From an uncultured Clostridia bacterium (GTDB taxonomy: Bacteria > Bacillota > Clostridia > TANB77 > CAG-508): DNA of 64,000 bases. A program made the translations under genes and the position numbers. The stretch spans positions 256,969 to 320,968 of the forward strand of contig CALXET010000001.1 in NCBI GenBank assembly GCA_944387405.1, given 5' to 3'. The notes below the pieces were generated by a model that had not been told where the DNA came from, did not search any database, and worked only from the letters and a program-made list of their open reading frames with translations. Within the stretch, counting starts at the first letter, position 1, and each line of letters begins with the position of its first letter. Of this stretch, positions 27,160 through 37,565 are shown one piece after another.

Positions 27160-28194
27160 TTATTTGATTTTTCCTCCTCCTAATAATACATTATCATCAT
27201 AAAATACAGCTGATTGTCCAGGAGTTTTTCCTCTTTGTGGATCATCAAATATTAGTAATAATTCTTTATCTGATATTATTTTTAAAATTGCTTTATATGA
27301 TCTCTGTGAATATCTTATTTTAGCAGATACTACCATACCACTTTTAATTTTATTTGTAAGGAAATTATAATTTTCAACTATAACCTCTTTACTATAAAGA
27401 TTTTCTTCATTCCCAACAATAACTTCATTTTTATCTTTATTAAATCCAATAACATATAACGGATTCTTATATGCAATTCCAAGGCCCTTTCTTTGTCCGA
27501 TTGTATATTTATATAATCCATCATGTCTTCCTAATATATTTCCATCTATATCTACAATGTTTCCCTCTTTTCTTTTCAAACCAGATTCTTCTAAAAATTT
27601 AATATAATCATTATTATTTATAAAACAAACATCTTGACTATCTGGCTTTTCAGAAACTTCTAAAGAAACACTTTTTGCGATCTCTCTTATTTCCATTTTA
27701 TCTTTAAAATCGCCTAGTGGGAATATTATATGATCTAATATTTCTTTTTCAATTCCATATAAAAAATAAGTCTGGTCTTTAGTAGTAGAATTTGATTTCT
27801 TAATAACTTTTTGCCCATATTTCTCGTCATATTCAATTTTTGCATAATGACCAGTAGCAATATAATTTATCCCAAGACTTTTTGCAATTTCATACATTTT
27901 CTTAAATTTAATAAATTTATTACATTCAATACAAGGATTTGGAGTATTACATTTTGCATATTCACCTATAAAGTCATTTATAACAAACTTTTTAAAATCT
28001 TCTTCAATATTTTCAAAAATATGTTTGATTCCGAGTTTCTTGCATACTTTTTTTGCATCTTCCAAATTAGATTCTAGACTTTTAAACATATTAAGAGTTA
28101 TACCAATTACTTCATATCCTTGATTTTGAAGTAAAATAGCAGCAGTGCTACTATCTACTCCACCACTCATTCCTAATAAAACTTTTTCTTTCAT
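27160..28194 (-). CDS. mnmA: tRNA-specific 2-thiouridylase MnmA
   Basis: PP-loop SGGVDSS and the overall MnmA sequence pattern. Confidence 0.95.
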   Translation of the reverse strand: MKEKVLLGMSGGVDSSTAAILLQNQGYEVIGITLNMFKSLESNLEDAKKVCKKLGIKHIFENIEEDFKKFVINDFIGEYAKCNTPNPCIECNKFIKFKKMYEIAKSLGINYIATGHYAKIEYDEKYGQKVIKKSNSTTKDQTYFLYGIEKEILDHIIFPLGDFKDKMEIREIAKSVSLEVSEKPDSQDVCFINNNDYIKFLEESGLKRKEGNIVDIDGNILGRHDGLYKYTIGQRKGLGIAYKNPLYVIGFNKDKNEVIVGNEENLYSKEVIVENYNFLTNKIKSGMVVSAKIRYSQRSYKAILKIISDKELLLIFDDPQRGKTPGQSAVFYDDNVLLGGGKIK

Positions 28195-28213
28195 TATACT
28201 TCCTTTTCTTTAT

Positions 28214-29821
28214 TTAATTATTATAAAATTTATCTCCAACAAAATGATATTCTATATCTGTTAAATCATTTTTAAAAGAATTTATATCTTCACCTTCATC
28301 TATCTTATTAGTTACATTATATATATTAGTATATTCGCCTTCTAATACTTTTCCGCTTAAATCCATTAATTTATAATTAATATTATCAGTATATGATAAG
28401 CTATTAAATTTAATCTCTTGTGGCAAATCTGCACATATTAAAAGTCCTTTGTCAATCAAAACAGGATTAATATAATCAAACTCTTTATCTATAATTTGTT
28501 TAAAATTCTTATCAATTAAAGTATATTTATTATTTTGTTTTTTTACAATATATCCTCCACTATATACATAAATATCTTTATATTTGTCTGATAAGACGTT
28601 TCCATTTTCGTCCATAAAATAAATTGAATTTTCATTATAATCTTTCATTAAAATATTATTATCATAAAATTCTAGAATTTGAGCATTTCCCTTAACTTCT
28701 ACTCTGTCCATATTTGATGTATAATAACCTTGAATTCCTGCTGAATTTTTATAAAATGGCAAATAACCATTACTATAAACATATAAATAATCAGCATCAT
28801 AATCCAAGTTATCACAGTCTATTGTAATTTTAACATTTTTATCTCCAGTTCTTTTTATTAATTCATGTCTATTTACTCCATTAGTTTGAGAAGATATTTT
28901 TATATATACGTCATAATTCTCATTTAATGGATATGTATATCCACCAGATTCATATGCATGTATTTTTCTTTTATTTTCTGTTTTAGCCATTATTAAACTA
29001 TCATCAAAATCTTTTTCTTGTTTTAATGTCTTTCTATATATTTCTTCTAATTTTTCCATTTGAGCTTCATAATCATTAACATCTATATCATTTTTATATG
29101 AAAATACTACTCTTTCATTTTTTAAAATTATATAACCACTATTTTCATCACATACAAGTGCTACATCAAATTGCTTATTATTTTTTTCTATTTTTACAAA
29201 TGGAGATGCATATTCATATTTAAAATCTATAACTTTTTGCCCATTTTGATTAATATATCCCCATTTACCGTTTTGCTCTACATTTATATATAAATCATCT
29301 ATATTAACTTCTGAAACATATTCAAAAAAATCTTCTTTATATTCTGTTTGACCAATATTATCTTTTTCGTTTAATTCTTCAACAGAATCTTTATATGTTA
29401 AAGCATAAATACCAAACAATACTATAGCAGCAATAATTATTGATAAAAATATCATAAATATTGTACTATTTCTTTCTATTACATTTTCCCTTAAAACTTG
29501 AATACATATTAAAAGAGCTGCTAAAAGATATAATATAGCAATAATATCAATCTTAAAAATATAAAAAGCTGAAGCAATTACAGAAATTGCATATGCAAAA
29601 GCAAATACACTATTTTGCCTATTTGCTATAAGTAATGAAAGGTTCGCGATTGCAACTATTATCATAATTGCCAATGTCATATAACTTATTTGATTCATTA
29701 CTATTAGTTCATTTTGAGAAGCTCTCGTTACATTTGGAGCAATAAAAGAATAACAAAGTATAATAACTCCAAATAAAAAATTCATAAGAGCCGCTACTGC
29801 ATTTAAAACTTTACTTTTCAT
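28214..29821 (-). CDS. Multi-TM membrane protein with extracellular WG-containing (KWGYI) repeats
   Basis: ~5 N-terminal TM helices. NGKWGYINQNGQKVIDFKYEYA is a WG-type repeat. Confidence 0.5.
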   Translation of the reverse strand: MKSKVLNAVAALMNFLFGVIILCYSFIAPNVTRASQNELIVMNQISYMTLAIMIIVAIANLSLLIANRQNSVFAFAYAISVIASAFYIFKIDIIAILYLLAALLICIQVLRENVIERNSTIFMIFLSIIIAAIVLFGIYALTYKDSVEELNEKDNIGQTEYKEDFFEYVSEVNIDDLYINVEQNGKWGYINQNGQKVIDFKYEYASPFVKIEKNNKQFDVALVCDENSGYIILKNERVVFSYKNDIDVNDYEAQMEKLEEIYRKTLKQEKDFDDSLIMAKTENKRKIHAYESGGYTYPLNENYDVYIKISSQTNGVNRHELIKRTGDKNVKITIDCDNLDYDADYLYVYSNGYLPFYKNSAGIQGYYTSNMDRVEVKGNAQILEFYDNNILMKDYNENSIYFMDENGNVLSDKYKDIYVYSGGYIVKKQNNKYTLIDKNFKQIIDKEFDYINPVLIDKGLLICADLPQEIKFNSLSYTDNINYKLMDLSGKVLEGEYTNIYNVTNKIDEGEDINSFKNDLTDIEYHFVGDKFYNN

Positions 29822-30728
29822 TTGTTACCTCATTTATTAAATTATGATTAGCTTCTTTATTATCTATTTTTTCTTTTTTATTTTTCGTGTAATCCTCTAA
29901 TCTAGTAATAAAATAAATTATTATTCCTGAAACGATAGCTAAAAGCACTCCTATAATAGTTTCCTTAACACTCGTAAAGTCAGGAATAAACATCACAAGA
30001 GATGTAATAGAAAATCCTATTATAGCATAATATGTCATCCCATAGAAATTCTTAAATAAATATGTAATTATTCCTGCTGTAGTAAATGCAAGTATAACAT
30101 ATCCTATTCCAAAAGGAATTATTATTCCTAAATCAAAAGCAAGTAATCCAGACATGATTTTTTCTAAAACGCCCATATATTCTAATATATGAATTGTAGT
30201 CATTCCTGGCATAACAGCCCCAAAAGAATATATCGCTCCATAAATAATAAGCTCAATTGTTGATATATATTCTGCCGTTTTACCTGCTTTAATAGTATTT
30301 GCAAAATTAGTTAATATAATTGTAAATATTAAAGCAATTACCATACTTATTAGATATTTCTTTTTAAAACCTTTTTTATTTGCAACTTTAATTAGTGTTG
30401 GAATACCACCAATAATTATTCCAAGTAAAACACATCTAAAATATGCTTCATAATTTGCTAAACAGTACAAAACAAATTTGCCAAATATTATTACACTAAT
30501 TCCTATACCAATTACTATTGGCAAAATATATTTTAAATTTGATTTAAAATGTTTAAAAGGATTTGCTATTATTTCCATGCATCTATCATATATTCCTAGA
30601 ATAATAGCAAAAGTTCCTGCTCCTGCTGTCATTGCTGAAATGCCAATTATCATTCCTTTTACCATTTTCACAATGAATTCAACCATAATAAAACTTCTCT
30701 TTCTTTTACATATATAATTTATTATCAT
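29811..30728 (-). CDS. Polytopic membrane protein, DUF368-like (true start probably MVEFIV… at ~30686)
   Basis: Two internally repeated halves of ~4 TMs with a Gly-rich loop (GISAMTAGAGT / AVMPGMTT), resembling DUF368. Confidence 0.4.
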   Translation of the reverse strand: MIINYICKRKRSFIMVEFIVKMVKGMIIGISAMTAGAGTFAIILGIYDRCMEIIANPFKHFKSNLKYILPIVIGIGISVIIFGKFVLYCLANYEAYFRCVLLGIIIGGIPTLIKVANKKGFKKKYLISMVIALIFTIILTNFANTIKAGKTAEYISTIELIIYGAIYSFGAVMPGMTTIHILEYMGVLEKIMSGLLAFDLGIIIPFGIGYVILAFTTAGIITYLFKNFYGMTYYAIIGFSITSLVMFIPDFTSVKETIIGVLLAIVSGIIIYFITRLEDYTKNKKEKIDNKEANHNLINEVTNEK

Positions 30729-31308
30729 AAATAAACTTTTCTACATCATCATCTAATATTTTATAAGAATTATTATTTATACTACTCTTACTATCTTTTA
30801 TTATGTTTTTATTTTTTACACTATTTCTTATAGCTGTTGAGCTAATATTTTTAGTAATATCAGTACTTATAAAATAGACATTAGACAATCCATTTACTTC
30901 TTTATTTTCTATTTTTTCATTTCTCTCAAAAACAATATATTTATACTTTTTTAGTTTCTCAAAATTTTTCCATTTTGGTAATTTACAAAAATTATCTGAT
31001 CCCATTAGAAAATAAAAATCATCTTTTTTAAATTTATCTTCAATAATTTTAAATATATCAATCGCATACTTTTTTTCTTTAAAATTCTTTTCTATATCTG
31101 AAACTTCAAACTTGCTTTCTTTATTGCAAATTATTTCAATCATCTTAATTCTAGTATCTATTGGTAATAGCTCTTTTTTTTCATAAAAATCCCCAATAGG
31201 AACAAATATAACTTTATCTAATCCAATTTTATCTATAGCAAGCTTTGCAAGATATGTATGTGCTAAGGTTGGAGGATTAAAAGATCCTCCAAAAAATCCT
31301 ATTTTCAT
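30706..31308 (-). CDS. nadD: Nicotinate-nucleotide adenylyltransferase
   Basis: GGSFNPPTLAH (HxGH-type) motif. Typical NadD size. Confidence 0.9.
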   Translation of the reverse strand: MKIGFFGGSFNPPTLAHTYLAKLAIDKIGLDKVIFVPIGDFYEKKELLPIDTRIKMIEIICNKESKFEVSDIEKNFKEKKYAIDIFKIIEDKFKKDDFYFLMGSDNFCKLPKWKNFEKLKKYKYIVFERNEKIENKEVNGLSNVYFISTDITKNISSTAIRNSVKNKNIIKDSKSSINNNSYKILDDDVEKFIYDNKLYM

Positions 31309-31309
31309 A

Positions 31310-31987
31310 TTATCCCTCTATATTCTCTAATACTTTCTCTAATATTTCTTTACTAATTTCTTCAACTGTTCTTATATTTCCATTCTTAACACATTTTATC
31401 TCATTCCAACCATATTTATCAACTAAGCTACAAGCAGCATTGTAGCTATCTATAATATGTTTTTTATCTCTCTCATGAATATCTTTTTTAGATTCGTGAG
31501 TAAATTTATTTTCTCTATTTTTCATTAATTCAAATGATTTTTCAGGTGGCATATTTAAAAAGAAAACTAAATCTGGTTTTGGAATTTGATAAATGCCAAA
31601 CTCTAAGTCAAATAACCAATCTAAAAATTTATGTCTTTCTTTTTCATCTTTAATTTTTCCAGCTTGATGAACCATATTTGCAGTTGTATATCTATCAGCA
31701 AGTATTATTCCACCATTTTTGTAATACTCTTCAAAATCTTTTTTATAAGTAGCATATCTATCAACAGCGTAAAAAGTTGATGCTATATATGGACTGATTT
31801 GTTTTGCATCTTCTCCGAATTCACCAGATAAATACATTTTTACAAGTGAAGATGATGGACTATCATAATTCGGAAAAGAAACTGTCATATATTTAATATT
31901 TCTTTTAGTAAGATTCTCTTTAAGTTTTTCAAATTGAGTCTGCTTTCCACTTCCATCTGTCCCATCTATTACAAATAATTTTCCCAT
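31310..31987 (-). CDS. Thymidylate kinase family protein (start probably MGKLFVIDG)
   Basis: P-loop FVIDGTDGSGKQTQ and DRY motif ILADRY. RBS gaagaggt precedes the internal ATG at 31985-31987. Confidence 0.6.
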   Translation of the reverse strand: MGKLFVIDGTDGSGKQTQFEKLKENLTKRNIKYMTVSFPNYDSPSSSLVKMYLSGEFGEDAKQISPYIASTFYAVDRYATYKKDFEEYYKNGGIILADRYTTANMVHQAGKIKDEKERHKFLDWLFDLEFGIYQIPKPDLVFFLNMPPEKSFELMKNRENKFTHESKKDIHERDKKHIIDSYNAACSLVDKYGWNEIKCVKNGNIRTVEEISKEILEKVLENIEG

Positions 31988-32099
31988 ATTAACCTCTTCT
32001 TCCATTAAAAAACATAATATAAGAATACTCTTATAATATGTTTTTTATAAAATTATTTTTCTATTCTTTTTTCTATATTTCAATCTATAATAAGTATTA

Positions 32100-32537
32100 T
32101 TATTTTTTATTTTTCTTTAATATATTTTCTTGATTTTCTCTTTTATCTGAATTAGATTTAGAATTATCTATAGAGTTGTTTTTATTATTAATTCTCGGAG
32201 TTTCATTCCACATCCACACAAGAGAATCATCATAAGATTTCAAATTAAGTCGTCTTGCATTTAAATCATCAATCCACAAATAAGTTATATAACACATAAG
32301 TATCAAGAAAAATTCTACTGCAATTGACATATAAACCTCATATCTACTTTCTTCAGGAACTAAATCAATGCTTAAACAACTGTTAATTAATAGTATAACT
32401 GAAAAAATTAATAAACCTATTGCTATATATGGATTCTTAAGTTCTTTTGCTAAAGCAATACAAATTAAAACTATTGCAAGTGTTACTAAAATAATGTTTA
32501 AATTTATAACAATCATTTTTATCCCCCTATAATACAT
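32100..32537 (-). CDS. Hypothetical small membrane protein
   Basis: 3-4 predicted TM helices with a basic/N-rich tail. Confidence 0.5.
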   Translation of the reverse strand: MYYRGIKMIVINLNIILVTLAIVLICIALAKELKNPYIAIGLLIFSVILLINSCLSIDLVPEESRYEVYMSIAVEFFLILMCYITYLWIDDLNARRLNLKSYDDSLVWMWNETPRINNKNNSIDNSKSNSDKRENQENILKKNKK

Positions 32538-32547
32538 TAGATATTTC

Positions 32548-34383
32548 TTAATTCCACATAGCTCCCATTGGTCCTATAGTTTTAGCTGCTTCTTCTGCCC
32601 TTTCTGCCTCATCAATGGCAGCAGTTAAACTGCTTTCTTTATATCCTAGCTCATTAATTATTTCTGCCCTTCTATTATAAGCCTCGTCTAATCTTACTTG
32701 CCTACTTTCTTCTGAATATTCAACTCCATCTTTTACGCTTCCACCGCCAATCATTTTTCCTGCTACTATTGTTAAATCTGGAGTCTTATCATTTTCTTCT
32801 TTAGCAATTTGCTTTTCTATCGCTAAAAGTTCTTTTAGTAGTGAAATTCTTCTATTTAGAGCTTTATCTAGTGATGTAGATTCATTTCCTGTCTGTCTTT
32901 CTTTTGCTGCTTCATCTTTATCGTGAATATCATATTCTTTTCCTTGCATATAAATTTCACCTGGATAATCTATTTCTACACCATCTCTGTCAAAGTCTAA
33001 TCCTGTACCATGATTTGTTACAACATCTGATACTCTTTCTCCATCAAGACCTATATACATAATATAATCTTGGTCATCCATCTTCTTTTCTCCAGCTCTT
33101 ACTATTTGGATTACATCATATCTATTACTATCTGGATTAGTTTTTCCTGCTTTAGACTCTCCTGCAAGAAGATCAGTATATCCTGAATGAGCCGTATCTT
33201 TTAATGCTGGAGCAACTCCGTTCATCAATGGATTTATACTATAACCTTCAAGTTCCATATATGATTTTGCTCCATCTGGAGTTTCTAACCTCTGCTCATT
33301 TGGGCTTGTACCTTCTCCAACCTCTTCTAATAATTTAAAATTATTATTTGGTAATCTTACAGCTATAGTATCATTAGTATAGCTTAATTTTCTATTAGTC
33401 ATTTCAGAACCTTGATCTACTGATTTAAATCTAATTATTCCTAAAATATTATCTGGGTCTTCACCTATTGCTTCTGCTATTTCTCTTTTTTCTTCTTCTT
33501 CTTTTTCTTCTTGATGCTCTCTTTCATCTTTAGTTACTGCCTTTAATACTAAATCTCCTTTTTCACCTTCATTAAGAACAAGCTCTGTTCCTTCTAATCT
33601 TTTATCTAAATCTCTTCTTAATTCTGCTTCAAGTTCGGAAGTATCTCCATACATTTTATATTTTTCAATATCTTCTGCCAAATCTCTTTCAAGCATCTCT
33701 ATATATTTTTCATCAAACTTTCCACCTTCTCTTGTAACTTCCATTCTGTCTTCTAAAGTTGTTATTTCAATATCACCATTTTCCAAGTCAGTTACTAAAG
33801 TTCCTGTTTGATCTTCTATAGTAGATATATCTCTATCTCTTTCATCTAGAGGAATCATTTCCATTCCTGGAAGAGTAACAATTTCTTCATCAGTGCCAAA
33901 ATCAAAATCTTGCTCTTCTTCTGGAAGTGGCTCGATTTCACCTTCTTGCACTGCATCTTCAATTATCTCTTGTTTCATTGCTTCAGGTTTTAACATTCCT
34001 TGTTCTTGAGCTATTTCTATACTTCTATCTTCTATTGATTCAAGTGTAAGACCTCTTGCTAATAACTCTTTGATTTGAGGTCTCTCAAGGCCTGATATTG
34101 CCTCAATTCTATCTTTTGACAATACTTGCTTACGAACTTCTAGTACTTTACTTAAATCATCATCTGGTCCCTCTAAGTCAAGTACTACTACATTTTCTAA
34201 TTTCTTATCATCTGCTAATAATAATTCTATTTCTTTTTCTATACCTTTTAACTTCATATCATCAGGTAATTTATATTGTGTATAACTTCTAATCATTCTT
34301 AAAGTATCAAGTTCGTCCTGTATTCTTGTCTTTTCTTTAGGAAGCATTTGTTTTCTTTCTTTTTTAGCCATCATTTCCTCCAA
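32548..34383 (-). CDS. Hypothetical acidic protein (611 aa), no TM, no recognisable motif
   Basis: Long intact ORF, strongly acidic, with good codon periodicity. Confidence 0.5.
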   Translation of the reverse strand: MEEMMAKKERKQMLPKEKTRIQDELDTLRMIRSYTQYKLPDDMKLKGIEKEIELLLADDKKLENVVVLDLEGPDDDLSKVLEVRKQVLSKDRIEAISGLERPQIKELLARGLTLESIEDRSIEIAQEQGMLKPEAMKQEIIEDAVQEGEIEPLPEEEQDFDFGTDEEIVTLPGMEMIPLDERDRDISTIEDQTGTLVTDLENGDIEITTLEDRMEVTREGGKFDEKYIEMLERDLAEDIEKYKMYGDTSELEAELRRDLDKRLEGTELVLNEGEKGDLVLKAVTKDEREHQEEKEEEEKREIAEAIGEDPDNILGIIRFKSVDQGSEMTNRKLSYTNDTIAVRLPNNNFKLLEEVGEGTSPNEQRLETPDGAKSYMELEGYSINPLMNGVAPALKDTAHSGYTDLLAGESKAGKTNPDSNRYDVIQIVRAGEKKMDDQDYIMYIGLDGERVSDVVTNHGTGLDFDRDGVEIDYPGEIYMQGKEYDIHDKDEAAKERQTGNESTSLDKALNRRISLLKELLAIEKQIAKEENDKTPDLTIVAGKMIGGGSVKDGVEYSEESRQVRLDEAYNRRAEIINELGYKESSLTAAIDEAERAEEAAKTIGPMGAMWN

Positions 34384-34529
34384 AATTTTATATTTTTTAC
34401 ATTTATATTATACATTTCATGTTGCATTTTTTCAATCTTTTTATTTTTATTTTAACACATAAAAAGATAAACTAAAAAAGAGAAAATATTTAATGCTTAA
34501 ATATTTCCCCTTTTAAATTTTACATACAA

Positions 34530-35345
34530 TTATTCATTTTCTTCTTTAAGTTTATTACGTTTAATCATTCTCTCATTTTGGACATTTAAAGCTAATAATT
34601 CAACAATTCCGATTGCAACTATTCCAGTTATAACTAAACTACTTATTGGAATTCTAATTATAGCAACTACTGCTACTAAGAATAATTCAGTAATAATTAA
34701 TTTTAACAAATCTTTAATAAATACTAATTTATCATATTTCACTGCTCTTAATGCAATAAATAACAATATTAATACTACAGCTATAGAAAGTGGAACAATA
34801 AATTTCTTAAGTGTGTCTAAAACATCTATCGCTTTAATATTAGTAAGATCAACTTTAATACTTTCAGTATCTGCAAGTTCTTCTTTTGTATACTCTAAAT
34901 TATATTCCTCTTTTATTTTAGAAATCGCATCTTCTACTTCTTTGTCTTCCATATTTTCTATATCAGAAAGATTATATTTATCAATTATTTCACTTAATTT
35001 TAGATTTTTTAAAGAATAATTAGTATTATATTTTTCATTAATCTTATTTAATACATTTGTAATTTCTTCGTCAGTAAATTCTTTTGAATCTATTGCAACT
35101 ATTGTTTTAAATAAAGATGATGTTCTTAAAATATATTTATCACTTATTACAGAATCTATTAAATCATCCATCTCATCTTCATTATATGGTACATCCAAAA
35201 TAACTTCTAATCTTTGATGATCAATGTTCTCTATGCTATATTCAAATCCTTTTAGAGCAACTACAACAGCACCTGCAATAATTGCAATTATCATAATTAT
35301 ATAAATAAAATTATTTTTTATTATATTTCCTAATTTTGTTTTCAC
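34530..35345 (-). CDS. SecF-like membrane protein, divergent and apparently C-terminally truncated
   Basis: N-terminal TM, ~150-aa extracytoplasmic domain, three C-terminal TMs ending in NVQNERMIKRNK (≈ SecF NDTIVVFDRIREN). Adjacent to a SecD-like gene in the queA-tgt neighbourhood. Confidence 0.4.
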   Translation of the reverse strand: MKTKLGNIIKNNFIYIIMIIAIIAGAVVVALKGFEYSIENIDHQRLEVILDVPYNEDEMDDLIDSVISDKYILRTSSLFKTIVAIDSKEFTDEEITNVLNKINEKYNTNYSLKNLKLSEIIDKYNLSDIENMEDKEVEDAISKIKEEYNLEYTKEELADTESIKVDLTNIKAIDVLDTLKKFIVPLSIAVVLILLFIALRAVKYDKLVFIKDLLKLIITELFLVAVVAIIRIPISSLVITGIVAIGIVELLALNVQNERMIKRNKLKEENE

Positions 35346-36799
35346 TACTTTTTACCTCCAATCTTCTTTATGTCATTTTGCAAATTAAATAAATTGTTAG
35401 TAAAAATTAGATTATAAGGCATTAGAGCAAGTAATCCCCAAAATAGAACTACACCAACTGATTTAAGTTCAACACTTGTAGCAAATACAAATACTACAGC
35501 ACAAATTAAAATTGGCATAATCTTTAATGCATAATTTATTAAAACTTGTGCAAAAGATGTTTTTAAATCTTTCTTTAATAATTTATTTATAAATACATAA
35601 TTTATTAAGCAAACTGCAAATATTGAAACTAAAGCAAATACCGTAAGTGGCTCTCTTGCAAATCTAACTAAAAGTAAATATACTGCTACAAATCCTATTT
35701 GACTTATTACTCCAAGTAATCCTTTTCCTTTATATTTAATAATAAAGTATATACTCATTATTACTAAAATTGCTAAACAGATTCCTGCACCTATTAATAT
35801 TGCTAACTTATTAGTCTCATTTTCTAAATAAGTCGTATAATTTGCAACATATTTTATTGGTAATAATCCAGAATTTATATTTGTTTCATAAATTCTAATA
35901 CTACTTTCATAAAGTTCTCTTTGATTTTCCTGAATATTTGTATAAACAGGAATTGTTAAATATGTATATGTACCGCTTGGATCAAAATATGTAGTATATA
36001 CTGTTTGTCCATCAAGTTGAACATCTAAAGTTTTAGGTTCAGACTCTTCATCCCCATTTTCTACTTTAATATATGTTTTTGTTAATTCTCCAAGTTTATT
36101 AACACCTTCATTTGTTAAATTTATTTGTAGTCCATAATCATAAGTTATTCCTGCTTCTGTTCCATTTTCAAGACTATCTTGACTAATTGTAGAATATGAT
36201 TGTACAGATGAAATCATATCTCTTGTCATTAAAACTTCTTGAGTTTCTGTATCTACTAATTGCACATCACCTTGTGCTGTTACATAATCTGCAACTGAAT
36301 TTGCTTGATCATTATATGGAACATATATATTAATATCTCCAGTTTCATAATCTACAACTATTTCACTATCATTAATCTCAGCACTTGCTAATCTTTTTTC
36401 GATAATTTCTTTTACTTTGTCATAATTTGAATTTGTTAATATTTCTTTTGGATTTACTGGTACTTCAGTAGATTCTTTCTCACTTTCAGATGATTCATTT
36501 GCATCTTCAGTATTTTCAGAAATTTCTTCATCATCTGATACTGTTTGATTAACTTCTGTAGAAGTTTCATCTGACACATCTTCATCTTTTTCTTCTGCTG
36601 GCTCAGTAGAGTCATCTACTGAAAATGTTAATACACTCATTTTATCAAGTTCTCTACTTAATTCATAATCAGGAATGATATTTTCCCATGAGTTTAAATT
36701 CCTACGTAAAATTCCAACAAAAGAAATTGCTGCAATTAATACTATAATAAGTATTAATAAAATCATCCATAAAATTTTTGTTGACTTATCTTTTTTCAA
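35345..36799 (-). CDS. SecD-like membrane protein, highly divergent
   Basis: Topology is 1 TM, ~300-aa periplasmic domain, then 5 TM. P1-like segments read KVKEIIEKRLAS…INIYVP, YGLQINLTNEGVNKLGELTK, LDVQLDGQTV and SGLLP. The TM spacing mirrors SecD, but the AVDANV/ERIRE residues are replaced. Confidence 0.45.
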   Translation of the reverse strand: MKKDKSTKILWMILLILIIVLIAAISFVGILRRNLNSWENIIPDYELSRELDKMSVLTFSVDDSTEPAEEKDEDVSDETSTEVNQTVSDDEEISENTEDANESSESEKESTEVPVNPKEILTNSNYDKVKEIIEKRLASAEINDSEIVVDYETGDINIYVPYNDQANSVADYVTAQGDVQLVDTETQEVLMTRDMISSVQSYSTISQDSLENGTEAGITYDYGLQINLTNEGVNKLGELTKTYIKVENGDEESEPKTLDVQLDGQTVYTTYFDPSGTYTYLTIPVYTNIQENQRELYESSIRIYETNINSGLLPIKYVANYTTYLENETNKLAILIGAGICLAILVIMSIYFIIKYKGKGLLGVISQIGFVAVYLLLVRFAREPLTVFALVSIFAVCLINYVFINKLLKKDLKTSFAQVLINYALKIMPILICAVVFVFATSVELKSVGVVLFWGLLALMPYNLIFTNNLFNLQNDIKKIGGKK

Positions 36800-37106
36800 T
36801 GTATTTACCTCCTATAATAAATTAGGCTAAATTAAAAATTAAATCAAAGATAAAGTTTAAATTTAAAAATAATAATCAGATAATTTTAAATAAAAACATT
36901 TTAAAATACTTTTAATTTTACTAATTTATTTCTTTAGTCTTTTCATTTGTAAATTTTATATTAAATATATAAAAATATCAACTCTTTTTATATTAAATTT
37001 ATATTAAAATATTAAATATTAAAGATAAATATAAAAAAATAATATTAAAATCAAAAGATCTTAATATTATTACCACTTATAATAAATTAATAAAATAAAA
37101 ATGAAA

Positions 37107-37496
37107 CTATTTTATTAAATTAACCCCTATTACGCCTCCAATCATTCCTGATATAAAAGAAACAATCATCATTATTACTGAATTTATATTTATAGAGTAA
37201 TTATTAGATAAAATACTAGAAAAAATATAAAGTATACTAAAATAAGAAATTCCTATTATTCCACCAATAATTAAACCTTTTTTTCTTGTTTTAATACAAG
37301 TAATTGAACTACCAATTAAAATACTTGTTCCAGTAATCACTATTATCACTGGAGTAATAGTGCTTTCCGATAAATTAGTAAGAGAAAGTAAAAGCCCAAA
37401 TATCAGAAATGATATAATTGTCATAGCAAAAGAAATTAATAATCCTCTTAAAATATTTATAAATAAATTTTCATTAATATTATCTATCTTTTCCAT
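37107..37496 (-). CDS. Hypothetical 4-TM membrane protein
   Basis: Hydrophobic 129-aa ORF with an RBS. Confidence 0.5.
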   Translation of the reverse strand: MEKIDNINENLFINILRGLLISFAMTIISFLIFGLLLSLTNLSESTITPVIIVITGTSILIGSSITCIKTRKKGLIIGGIIGISYFSILYIFSSILSNNYSININSVIMMIVSFISGMIGGVIGVNLIK

Positions 37497-37565
37497 AAAA
37501 AAACCTCCTTAATAATTTATATTAAGGAAGTTTTTTTATATTCTTATATTTTTTATTATAATCTA

